Sequence record: MN508624.2
Strand: one strand, 5' to 3'
Source: Enterobacter phage EC-F2
DNA: 64,000 nucleotides
Of this stretch, positions 41,297-49,920 are shown one piece after another. Within the stretch, counting starts at the first letter, position 1, and the number at the start of each line of letters is the position of its first letter. The notes under the pieces were generated by a model, which had not been told where the DNA came from, searched no databases, and was given only the letters and a program-made list of their open reading frames with translations. The position numbers and the translations under genes were made by a program.

Positions 41297-42082
41297 ATGA
41301 AATCATTCAAAGAACTACTTTCTGAATCTGTTCAGAACAAAAAATTTGCTAAGACCGTTGATCTGGTTGACCGTGGTAACGCTGCAAAAGGTCAGATTGG
41401 TTTCCTGCATTTTGCACATGGTGCTGATTACGATGTGTATGCGCCGGACTCCCACGATCTCGCTTACTTCGGTAAAGGTGTTGTCCGCCTGAAAGGTAAA
41501 ACCACTGGCAAGACTCAGGCAGCGTATATTGACTGGGCGAAAGGCACTGTTTCATTCTACAGCGGTGATCCTGCTGACGATCTGAAATTTGACAAGCCAC
41601 TGAAATTCAAAGGCGCTTCCCTGTACAAAGAAGCCGAAGAAAACCTGGATCTGTACAATCAGTTGGCGGAAGATTTCGAGATTGATCTGCCTCTGGATGA
41701 AGCATTGGTGAAAGGAAAGGTGTACAAGCTCCCAAGTAACGATATGTGCTTGCTGTATACCGGACGTACCAAAACCAAAGAAACAGGTGAATACGCCGTG
41801 TTTACGGTTGTAGATGCCTCTGGAAAGCCTCGTCTGGTATCGGGTAAACGCTTTACCCAGGAATACAAAGGTGATGTTCTGTCTAAACTGGTTCTAGCTG
41901 AATCAGAAGATTTGAACGAAGCCGCTAAAGGTATTCGCGAAAAAGTTATTGCGGTGTTGGTGAAACGCGGGTTTAACGAAAAAGACGCAGAAAAGATGGT
42001 TGATAAAAACCTGAAAGATGCGATGAAGATTCGACCTGGTGCAACCCCTGGCAAACTCGCGGAAATCGTGAGTACCCTGTAA
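41297..42082 (+). CDS. internal head protein (IP) with T4-type capsid-targeting sequence
   Basis: The N-terminus MKSFKELLSE|S aligns with the T4 IPI/IPII/IPIII/Alt capsid-targeting sequence MKTYQEFIAE|A, including the L/I-x-E prohead-protease site. The protein is basic and Lys-rich like IPIII. It is preceded by an AATAAATA box and the RBS GAGATTGAAAAC. Confidence 0.6.
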   Translation: MKSFKELLSESVQNKKFAKTVDLVDRGNAAKGQIGFLHFAHGADYDVYAPDSHDLAYFGKGVVRLKGKTTGKTQAAYIDWAKGTVSFYSGDPADDLKFDKPLKFKGASLYKEAEENLDLYNQLAEDFEIDLPLDEALVKGKVYKLPSNDMCLLYTGRTKTKETGEYAVFTVVDASGKPRLVSGKRFTQEYKGDVLSKLVLAESEDLNEAAKGIREKVIAVLVKRGFNEKDAEKMVDKNLKDAMKIRPGATPGKLAEIVSTL

Positions 42083-42086
42083 AAAT

Positions 42087-42116
42087 AAAGCCCCTTCCTT
42101 TCGGTTGGGGCTTTTT
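42087..42116. terminator. bidirectional terminator AAAGCCCCTTCCTTTCGGTTGGGGCTTTTT between the convergent IP gene and gp2
   Basis: A GC stem with T/A runs on both sides. Confidence 0.55.
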
Positions 42117-42117
42117 G

Positions 42118-42972
42118 TTAATATCTGTTCCAAACTTTCTTCGCGCTGTATGGTTTTCCTTTGGACTGGAAAGCCTGTGTAGGCAACCAAACTGCTTTAG
42201 CCCAATCTTTCGGGGCGATCTCTGCAAGCGGTGAACGTAGATGGGCTGGCAGGTAGGCTTTGATCATTTGATCAGCCCCGCGCATTCCCTTCACGTTGTT
42301 CCAATTGATTTTCAGTCTGGTTTTGTTAGAAAGTCGATCTGTTGATCCGTAGCCACGTTTCAGGAGTTCTTCTAAAAACTCTTGACGTGCTCGCGGTGGC
42401 GCATAGTGCAAGTTCAGCCCGTACAGAACCAAGTTACCCGCTTTCGAACGTCCTGAACCCAGGAAAATGATCAGCGGGAACCGATCCCAGTATGGCAGGG
42501 TGTCTTTGTATTTCGCATCGTAGATGAACGTATACAAGCGACCCGTTGCTGGTTTCGCAACCCTGTGCGTCTTAATGCTGGTTTTGATGAAATCACCAAA
42601 CCAATCGGTCGAATCTTTCTGACGTTTCGCAGCGGTTACGCCAACAGTCATTTTCTTCAAACTGTTGCGGAAATCGTTTACGATATCAACCGCGTGTTTT
42701 TTGCGATAGTCATTACGTTTGCGTCGGGCTTCGGTTTCTGCTTTACGGCGTTCGATTTCATCATCAATCTGCTGCTTATAGCGGTGCATAGACTTTGTGA
42801 ACGTTGCGTATGCAATCCCGTTTTCGTCCGCGAACTTTTTGGCTGTCATGCCTTTTAATTTTGCGCGTCGGAATTTGATACCAAGTTCAACCCATTCACC
42901 CAGCTTTCGCTTCGGTGGCGGTTTTGGCTTGTCTTCTTCTGCGATGATCTCGAACTCAAAAATAAAACTCAT
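42118..42972 (-). CDS. 2: DNA end protector protein gp2
   Basis: A 284-aa basic protein with the T4 gene 2 position (between gene 3 and gene 4) and size (274 aa). Confidence 0.6.
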   Translation of the reverse strand: MSFIFEFEIIAEEDKPKPPPKRKLGEWVELGIKFRRAKLKGMTAKKFADENGIAYATFTKSMHRYKQQIDDEIERRKAETEARRKRNDYRKKHAVDIVNDFRNSLKKMTVGVTAAKRQKDSTDWFGDFIKTSIKTHRVAKPATGRLYTFIYDAKYKDTLPYWDRFPLIIFLGSGRSKAGNLVLYGLNLHYAPPRARQEFLEELLKRGYGSTDRLSNKTRLKINWNNVKGMRGADQMIKAYLPAHLRSPLAEIAPKDWAKAVWLPTQAFQSKGKPYSAKKVWNRY

Positions 42973-42990
42973 AATTCCCTCCGTTTAGGG

Positions 42991-42998
42991 TATTTATT
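42991..42998 (-). promoter_or_regulatory. candidate late promoter box AATAAATA (minus strand) upstream of gp2
   Basis: The plus-strand TATTTATT is AATAAATA on the minus strand, 19 nt upstream of the gp2 ATG and overlapping the gp4 stop. It is the same box as at 41251-41258. Confidence 0.3.
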
Positions 42999-43461
42999 GC
43001 CCTTTCCATCCGAACACACGTTTCAATGTGTCCTCTGTGATGATCTTGAACTCCCAGCCCTTTTGTTTTGCTGCTGCATTCGCGGCTTTCCATTTGTCGA
43101 TGTTTACCGCATAAGTATACAGCGCATCAACAAATTTCTTTTTGTTGTGAACGTTGTTGTTCGCTGGCTTAGGTGGGGGCAACGTTTCTTTCATCGGTTT
43201 GACTTCCCAAAGGTAGGTCACACCGTTATCCATTTCAACATAGAAATCCATGAAATAGCGCCGTCGCTTTCCGTCTGCGTTGCTGAAATAAGGGATCACA
43301 ACCTCTTCACTGTTCCAGCGTTTCACATGCGGGTTTCTATCAAGCCAGTTCATAATATATTTTTCCCAGCTTGAACGATACGTTATCTTTCGCGGATCTC
43401 CCTTATATTTCTGTATGTTCTGGGGCATAAAAGACCCCTTGTATGTCTGTCTTCCAGCCAT
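42994..43461 (-). CDS. 4: head completion protein gp4
   Basis: A 155-aa protein with a PD-(D/E)xK-like core FMDFYVEMDNGVTYLWEVKP. It is divergent from gene 53, as in T4. Confidence 0.6.
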   Translation of the reverse strand: MAGRQTYKGSFMPQNIQKYKGDPRKITYRSSWEKYIMNWLDRNPHVKRWNSEEVVIPYFSNADGKRRRYFMDFYVEMDNGVTYLWEVKPMKETLPPPKPANNNVHNKKKFVDALYTYAVNIDKWKAANAAAKQKGWEFKIITEDTLKRVFGWKGQ

Positions 43462-43469
43462 TTTAGATC

Positions 43470-43477
43470 CTAAATAT
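43470..43477 (+). promoter_or_regulatory. candidate late promoter box CTAAATAT upstream of gp53
   Basis: A 7/8 match to the T4 late consensus TATAAATA (core TAAATA intact), 27 nt upstream of the ATG. The same CTAAATA(T/C) box recurs before gp6 and gp7. Confidence 0.35.
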
Positions 43478-43504
43478 AGTAAACATTAGATAGGGGAAAT
43501 TACA

Positions 43505-44059
43505 ATGTTATTTTCGTTCTTTCCACCAGTTGATTACAAAGGCACACCAACTACTGATATCTACCGCGATTATCGTTTTTACTTTAACCGTGTGATCAGG
43601 AATTATAAGCCGCGTACATATCAACTGACAGGTTCATTAAGACCCGAACAATTAGCGGAAACGCTATACGGAAACCAGCAATACTACTGGGTTATCCTGA
43701 TGCTTAACGATAATTATGATCCGTTTTACGGATGGATTACCGATCAGGAAACGGCTTATCAATGCGCTATCCAGCGTTATTCAAAAGCAGGTGGTGAACA
43801 GGTTCTTTATCATATGGATGGTAAGGGCAACCGTTATTACAATTTGGTTGAAGACCCTACGAATTCCGGTCATTGGTATGACAAAGGCGATAAGAACATG
43901 CGTTATTTGCAGTACCAGGGAACATTAGTCCCTGTAGATATTTATGAAGATGCGGTGCTTCAAAATGAAGCAAAACGAACCATCAAGATTATTAACCCCT
44001 CTGATATTCAATCGTTTGTAAGTGATTATATCAAGGAAATGGAAAAGGCAAACCTATGA
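43505..44059 (+). CDS. 53: baseplate wedge protein gp53
   Basis: MLFSFFPPVDYKG...YRDYRFYFNRVIRNYKPRTYQLTGSLRPEQLAETLYGNQQYYWVILMLNDNYDPFYGWITDQETAYQ is collinear with T4 gp53 (MLFTFFDPIEYAAK...LYWVLLMCNDNYDPYYGWITSQEAAYQ). Confidence 0.85.
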   Translation: MLFSFFPPVDYKGTPTTDIYRDYRFYFNRVIRNYKPRTYQLTGSLRPEQLAETLYGNQQYYWVILMLNDNYDPFYGWITDQETAYQCAIQRYSKAGGEQVLYHMDGKGNRYYNLVEDPTNSGHWYDKGDKNMRYLQYQGTLVPVDIYEDAVLQNEAKRTIKIINPSDIQSFVSDYIKEMEKANL

Positions 44060-45816
44060 AATACGGTGGAAATAAATACTCCCCTTTCTTTGAGGGGGTG
44101 GTCGAAGAAGTCGATGATCCTCGTCTATTGGGGCGTGTTCAGGTGCGTGTATTCGGTGAGCATCCGGCACAGAAACAAAAATCTGAAACTATCGGTATTC
44201 CGGTTGAGGAATTGCCGTGGATGATGCCTATTCAGGATATTCGCAGCGCCGCTATTTCTGGTGTTGGTTTTTCCCCGACTGGTATCACGCGCGGTAGTTT
44301 TGTTATCGGTTACTGGCGCGATAAATGGCACCAGGACGGCGTTATACTGGGAACCTTTGCGGGTGAGTACCGAGAGAAGCCGGACACCCAGAAAGGCTTC
44401 TGTGACCCGTTTGGCGAGTATCCTCGTTATGTAGGTAACGATGTCAACGTACTGGCTCGTGGTGGCGCAGAGGGGCGCGGTTCTTCGAGCGTGATTATTC
44501 GTGATGCTAACAGTTCGTTAGCTGTCAATCCAGATGATCGCCCACTTGACGAGATCCCAGAAGATAACCGTCCTGATACTGGCGGGTTCACTATCGAAAC
44601 CATGCTTAAACAGGATGAAGGTATCCGCACAAAATGGTATATTGATAGTGAAGGTTATCCGACTATCGGGATCGGGCATTTGCTTATCATGGAGAAAACC
44701 CGTGATACTGCGAAGATTAACGCCGCGATCAGTAAAGCAGTTGGTCGAGAAGTAACCAATGGAACGATCACAGCAGAAGAAGTTTCAACGCTGTTTGCTC
44801 AGGATTTGGCAAAAGTCCGGCAGGGGATCAGCAACACTTCAAACGTTCGAGAAGTATACGTGACGTTAAACCGTCCTCGTCAAATGGCAATCGAAAACAT
44901 GTGCTTCCAGATGGGTGTTGGTGGTGTTGCCAAATTTACTAATGCTCTGGCTGCTATGAAGCGTCAGGACTGGCAAACCGCTTACAACGAACTGCGAAAC
45001 TCAACATGGGCTAACCAGACACCAGGACGTTCTTCACGCGTATCTAAAATCGTGCTGACGGGCAACCTCGAATCATACGGTGTTCAGGTTCCAGATCCAG
45101 AAGGGCGTTCATTGAGTGCTGCATACAATGCTGTTGTGTTGGCTGCATCAAACCCAGAAGATCCTTTTGTTCCTGGTGATACTCGCGTAATGTTCGAGGA
45201 ACCTAAATCCGCATACGCTGCTGAATATCCATACAACATGGTATTCGAATCCCGTTCTGGACACATTCAGGAATTCGACGATACACCAGGCTTTGAACGT
45301 TACAACCGTGTTCACCCAGCAGGATCATACGAAGAAATTCGCCCTGATGGAACCCGTGTTGTTAAAATCGTTGGTGATGATTATCAAATCGTCATGCAAG
45401 GCCGTAAATTAAACGTTAAGGGTAATTTACAGGTTGTTATCGAGGGTGATGCGTTCATTTACAATATGGGTAACGTTCAACAGACCGTTGATGGTAACGT
45501 GACCGAGTTCGTTCGCGGTAATGTAAATCAAACCGTTGAAGGTGAATATTTTGGGCTGATTAAAGGCAACGCAGAATTAACCGTTGAAAAAGATGCAACC
45601 GTAAACGTGAATCAGAATTTAATGGCTAACGTTAAACAGAATGCAACCGTTGCCGTAACAGAAGATGCAACAATTACCGCAAAAAATGCTCTGATTGATA
45701 TTGAGCAAGATTTGGATATTGGCGCACGTAATATCAACATGCGAGCATCGAATAATACTTTCATTGATTCCGGCGCACTGACTAAGATCACTGGCGGTAC
45801 TGTACAGGTAGGCTAA
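44056..45816 (+). CDS. 5: baseplate central spike / tail lysozyme gp5
   Basis: It has an N-terminal OB-fold region. The central T4-lysozyme-like domain reads [34 protein letters not shown] (compare T4L [28 protein letters not shown]). The C-terminus has VxGxxxxx beta-helix repeats ([32 protein letters not shown]...). Confidence 0.85.
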   Translation: [586 protein letters not shown]

Positions 45817-45818
45817 AC

Positions 45819-47906
45819 ATGATCATGGATTATGAAACCATCATTGATGGGATTATGCAAAACTTTCAGCATCCTTGCGATGCTGAGATCCCCGCTGGAT
45901 ATTACAGACGCGTTATCTGGCAGGGACACACAGAAAATTACCCTGCTGTTGGGGTAGAATGGGCGACCGAAATCATCCCGATCGGAACTCACCTGTATAC
46001 GAGTTCCCCTTTCGGACAGAAAAGCGATCCGCTTCCGGTGGTGAACTCTCCAAACGTACCCACGAATCCAGACGGAACCCCAGGGGTTTCTACTGACATT
46101 CTGGTTACGAAGATTGGTTATTATTTCGCCAGTCAAGCGGATATTGATGCCTATATCGCATCTATCGGGGCTACTAAGCTCGCGGGTAATGACTGGTACG
46201 GGGCGGATCTATCAAAAGCGAATCTGTTCAAGAACCCTGGCGAACTCGCGATGTACAAGGTGGAAAACTCCGGTGGTTACTTGCTGACTTCCGGCCCCCG
46301 TTGCGATCCGCGAATCCGACAGGTATATAACCAGACTACAGGCGCGTTTACCAGCATTGATTACTACTGGAATGGTAATCGTATTGCGTACATGAAACAC
46401 GACGAATCCCCCGCGCACCAGTGCAAATATACAGGGATGTCAGTAAACACGAACGCAGATACCAGCATTCCTCCGGTTCCCCCTGCTCTCCCGTCAACGT
46501 ATGGGGCGCTACCGAGTGAAACCAGATTGTTTTCTGCTCGCTCTGGATTGGGCTGTATTCCGGCGACCGTAGGGTTCCCGTATACGAATATCAGCGATGC
46601 TATGCTTTCCGCGTGGAACGAGACTCGTAAAACGTTCAAGCTGGCTTTCGATATGCTGACGGGTACAATTAAAAATGGCTCTGGTATCGCGACGATGTTT
46701 GACGGGCTTTCGATCGGTATGGAAGAAATCACAGCGGGTGCTCTGGCATTGTCACAGCAAGCATGGCAAACCGCAATGAAGGTGTTCCGGCAGATCATTA
46801 GCTCTGCGTTTAACATCGTGGGTGGGGCATGGAGTCTGATCAATAACTTCCTCCCGACTGTTGCGATCCTGGGTGTTGCAATCAACATTTACGATCTGGT
46901 GTTTGGTGATAGTTCGGTTCAATCCCTGAAAGATTCTTTCCAGGCTCTGATTGACTCCGGCACACAGACGTATGAAAGCGTCATAAACGCAATCTACGGG
47001 GCTATAGGCAGTTCTTACAACTACACCGTTGAATATGTCAAGGCTGGCGCTCGCGACCTTGTAGACGCTTGTAGCGCGTTATTTGACTGGTGTTTGACTA
47101 TGTTCCAAAACGGTTGCGTTGCTCTGGTGGATTTGTACGGGCGTATGATGCAGATCTGGTCAATGCCTCCAGAAACACCAAACCCGCTTTGGTCTGCGGT
47201 GCTGGCTATCCGTAACATCATGCGACAGATTAAACCTCTTGATGTAATTCTGGGCGGTAACTTCCCAGGGTTTACAGCAATGGATCTGTATCAGCAAGCA
47301 CAAGCGAAAGTGAAAGCGTTCATTGATGCATCCTATGCGCAGATCTCCGCACTGTATGATCAGGGGCAAGAACTATTCAACACCCTGAAAGCACAGACAC
47401 AGGAAAGGGATTCGATTAAACGTAAGTTCGATCAGTACCTAAACTGGATGTGGGAACCTGTAAAGGAAGCAACGACTGCTGCTTATCAGGCTGCACTTGA
47501 TGCCGCTAACGCTGCTGTGAATGCGACTAAGGCAACATATGAGGGCATCAAGGCGCAGATCGCATTGTTGCAGGATGGATTGAAAGACACCTACAGCATG
47601 GCGATGGATGAACTCAAGAAACTTCCTGTAATGGCTCAGATTAACCAGTTCTTAGGTTACTGTGGGGTTGCATTCGATGACCTGTTAAAAACGTATGACA
47701 ACGCACTGACGGGCGCTAAATCGCTATACAAAGACTTTGTTGACAGTTCCAGATCGTTTAAGGATACATGCAAAGTAATATATAACCAGATTTGTACGCT
47801 TGCCCTAAGTAAAGTGACTCAATATGTTAACAAGCTATTGTCTCTGATTGGACTTGCGATCACTTTCGGTTCGATTAGTGTTTGCGTCCCTATGGTTCAA
47901 TACTAA
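45819..47906 (+). CDS. large hypothetical protein (695 aa) inserted between gp5 and gp6; helical/hydrophobic C-terminal half
   Basis: The ORF is tightly packed with 3-nt gaps and is preceded by the gp5 stop. The C-terminal half has long amphipathic or hydrophobic helices, such as AFNIVGGAWSLINNFLPTVAILGVAINIYDLVFG and LLSLIGLAITFGSISVCVPMV. It matches no T4 gp5.1-5.4 as I remember them. Confidence 0.5.
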   Translation: MIMDYETIIDGIMQNFQHPCDAEIPAGYYRRVIWQGHTENYPAVGVEWATEIIPIGTHLYTSSPFGQKSDPLPVVNSPNVPTNPDGTPGVSTDILVTKIGYYFASQADIDAYIASIGATKLAGNDWYGADLSKANLFKNPGELAMYKVENSGGYLLTSGPRCDPRIRQVYNQTTGAFTSIDYYWNGNRIAYMKHDESPAHQCKYTGMSVNTNADTSIPPVPPALPSTYGALPSETRLFSARSGLGCIPATVGFPYTNISDAMLSAWNETRKTFKLAFDMLTGTIKNGSGIATMFDGLSIGMEEITAGALALSQQAWQTAMKVFRQIISSAFNIVGGAWSLINNFLPTVAILGVAINIYDLVFGDSSVQSLKDSFQALIDSGTQTYESVINAIYGAIGSSYNYTVEYVKAGARDLVDACSALFDWCLTMFQNGCVALVDLYGRMMQIWSMPPETPNPLWSAVLAIRNIMRQIKPLDVILGGNFPGFTAMDLYQQAQAKVKAFIDASYAQISALYDQGQELFNTLKAQTQERDSIKRKFDQYLNWMWEPVKEATTAAYQAALDAANAAVNATKATYEGIKAQIALLQDGLKDTYSMAMDELKKLPVMAQINQFLGYCGVAFDDLLKTYDNALTGAKSLYKDFVDSSRSFKDTCKVIYNQICTLALSKVTQYVNKLLSLIGLAITFGSISVCVPMVQY

Positions 47907-47910
47907 ATAC
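47903..47910 (+). promoter_or_regulatory. candidate late promoter box CTAAATAC upstream of gp6
   Basis: Lies 20 nt upstream of the gp6 ATG, followed by the RBS AAAGAGGGG. Confidence 0.35.
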
Positions 47911-47929
47911 CCGATAAAGAGGGGTAATA

Positions 47930-49840
47930 ATGGCTACTTTAAAGAAACAAATTAATCAGATCCCCGATATTTTTGTCGGGGCTACTTTCGAAGAAATCAA
48001 AGCGGACTTAATTAACTGGCTCCGTGGACAAGAAGAATTCAAAGACTACGATTTTTCAGGCTCGCGTATGAACGTGCTTGTGGATCTGCTGGGTTATGCT
48101 ACTCTGTACATTCAACAGATGGGTAACACTGCACTGTTCGAATCGTTTATTCGTACTGCGGCGCTTCGTAGCTCTGTTGTGCAACACGCTCAAGATTTGG
48201 GCTATATGCCGGATTCCCGTACTGCTGCAAGCACTGCGATCATGGTTACTGCTAAAAACCCACTGAACCCGACATCGATCCGTATTCCGCGCGGTACGAA
48301 ATTCATCGGTACAGTAAAACAGACAAACAGTTTCCCGTTCGTCGTATCTGATGACGTGGTTATCGTTCGTGACAAAGACAACAACTATGTTTCTATGCTG
48401 AACATCGTTCAGGGGCGTTTAGTACGTACCGAAGTCATCTTCGACGGCTCTACTATCCTGATTCGAGATCCAAACATCGATCGTAGTCAGGTTCGCGTTA
48501 CTGTTAACGGCGCACAATGGGATGACTGGACGAATGAAAGTATCGTAAACGCCACGGGCGCATCAACAATTTTCTATATGCGTGAAACTGTGGACGGACA
48601 CACCGAAGTTTACTTTGGTGAAGGTGAAACAAGCCAACAAGTCGCGGGTGGTGCTCTGACTGCTGATTATATCGGTGGTCTGAAACCAGCAAACGGATCA
48701 ACTATCGTTATTGAATATATTTCGACGAACGGAGAAGATGCTAACGGTGCTGAAAACTTTGTTTACGTGGATACGCTGACAAACATTAGCATTACCAGCA
48801 TCACCGAAAACCCTACAGATTCCTCTGATTATGTCGGTGCTGATGGTGGTGGCGAACCGGAGAATATTGAACGTATTCGTGAACTGGCTCCGATCATGCG
48901 TGAGACACAGCGACGTTGCGTTACTGCATCGGATTATGAATCGTTCTTGTCACACCGTTTCGGTTCTGTTATTCAGGCGGTTCAGTGTTTTACCGATAGC
49001 GAGAAACCTGGTTATGCATTCATTTCCGTTAAGCCTAAATCTGGTTTACGGTTGACTTCTGTACAAAAAGAAGACATGCAAAACTATCTTGCGAAGTATA
49101 ATCTTGCGACGATCACGCCGTCTATTCTCGACCCGAACTACTTGTATATTGTACAAAGCATCAAAGTAACGTATGATATCAGCAAACTCGTTGAGTCGGA
49201 AGAATGGTTGCGCGGTCAGGTAATCACAGCGATTGATAATTACTATACTGATAACGTTGAAATTTTCAACAAATCATTCAGTAAGTCCAAAATGTTAACC
49301 TATGTTGATAATGCGGACGTGTCGATCATTGGTTCCTCTGCTACGATTAGCCTGTTGCGTGAACTGGACAACTACTACAGCGCCCCAATGTCAGGTATTC
49401 ACTTCCTGAACCAAGTAGCGCCGCGCAGTATTGTTTCGAACGGTTTCAAGTACACAAACGCCGCTGGTGATTCGTATAACGTTCGTTATGCGTCAACCGC
49501 TGCCAACAGTTCTGGACGGGCAAAAATCGTGATTGGGCCTTTCAAAAACGGCGATATCGCTATTACTGCGTATACAGGAACCGATTTTAATAAATACCCA
49601 GGAGTCACGGATCGTACTAAATATTACGAAGTCGGATATGCGGAACACTACACTGATTTCATTAGTTTCGATCTGGGTGTGCTTAACGTCCCTGCTGAAC
49701 GCTTTAGCGCTGCATACATCGAACTGACAGCAACACCGTTAGAAGAAACTATTTTCACCCGCGATGGTTCCTTGATTGTATTTGAAAACGATCTACGTCC
49801 TCAATATACAACGCTGACGATGAACCCGATCAGTCAATAA
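47930..49840 (+). CDS. 6: baseplate wedge protein gp6
   Basis: IPDIFVGATFEEIKADLINWLRGQEEFKDYDFSGSRMNVLVDLLGY aligns with T4 gp6 IPEIFVGGTFAEIKQNLIEWLNGQNEFLDYDFEGSRLNVLCDLLAY. The C-terminus FTRDGSLIVFENDLRPQYTTL is identical in pattern. Confidence 0.9.
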   Translation: MATLKKQINQIPDIFVGATFEEIKADLINWLRGQEEFKDYDFSGSRMNVLVDLLGYATLYIQQMGNTALFESFIRTAALRSSVVQHAQDLGYMPDSRTAASTAIMVTAKNPLNPTSIRIPRGTKFIGTVKQTNSFPFVVSDDVVIVRDKDNNYVSMLNIVQGRLVRTEVIFDGSTILIRDPNIDRSQVRVTVNGAQWDDWTNESIVNATGASTIFYMRETVDGHTEVYFGEGETSQQVAGGALTADYIGGLKPANGSTIVIEYISTNGEDANGAENFVYVDTLTNISITSITENPTDSSDYVGADGGGEPENIERIRELAPIMRETQRRCVTASDYESFLSHRFGSVIQAVQCFTDSEKPGYAFISVKPKSGLRLTSVQKEDMQNYLAKYNLATITPSILDPNYLYIVQSIKVTYDISKLVESEEWLRGQVITAIDNYYTDNVEIFNKSFSKSKMLTYVDNADVSIIGSSATISLLRELDNYYSAPMSGIHFLNQVAPRSIVSNGFKYTNAAGDSYNVRYASTAANSSGRAKIVIGPFKNGDIAITAYTGTDFNKYPGVTDRTKYYEVGYAEHYTDFISFDLGVLNVPAERFSAAYIELTATPLEETIFTRDGSLIVFENDLRPQYTTLTMNPISQ

Positions 49841-49848
49841 TTTCAACC

Positions 49849-49870
49849 CCTGTCATCCGGCAGGGGTTTT
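49849..49870 (+). terminator. hairpin CCCCTGTCATCCGGCAGGGG followed by TTTTTTG after gp6
   Basis: GC stem with a T-run. Confidence 0.55.
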
Positions 49871-49877
49871 TTGTTTG

Positions 49878-49885
49878 CTAAATAT
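49878..49885 (+). promoter_or_regulatory. candidate late promoter box CTAAATAT upstream of gp7
   Basis: Lies 35 nt upstream of the gp7 ATG, just 3' of the gp6 terminator. Confidence 0.35.
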
Positions 49886-49920
49886 GGGATATAAGTAAAA
49901 CGCAAATTTGGAGAAACATA

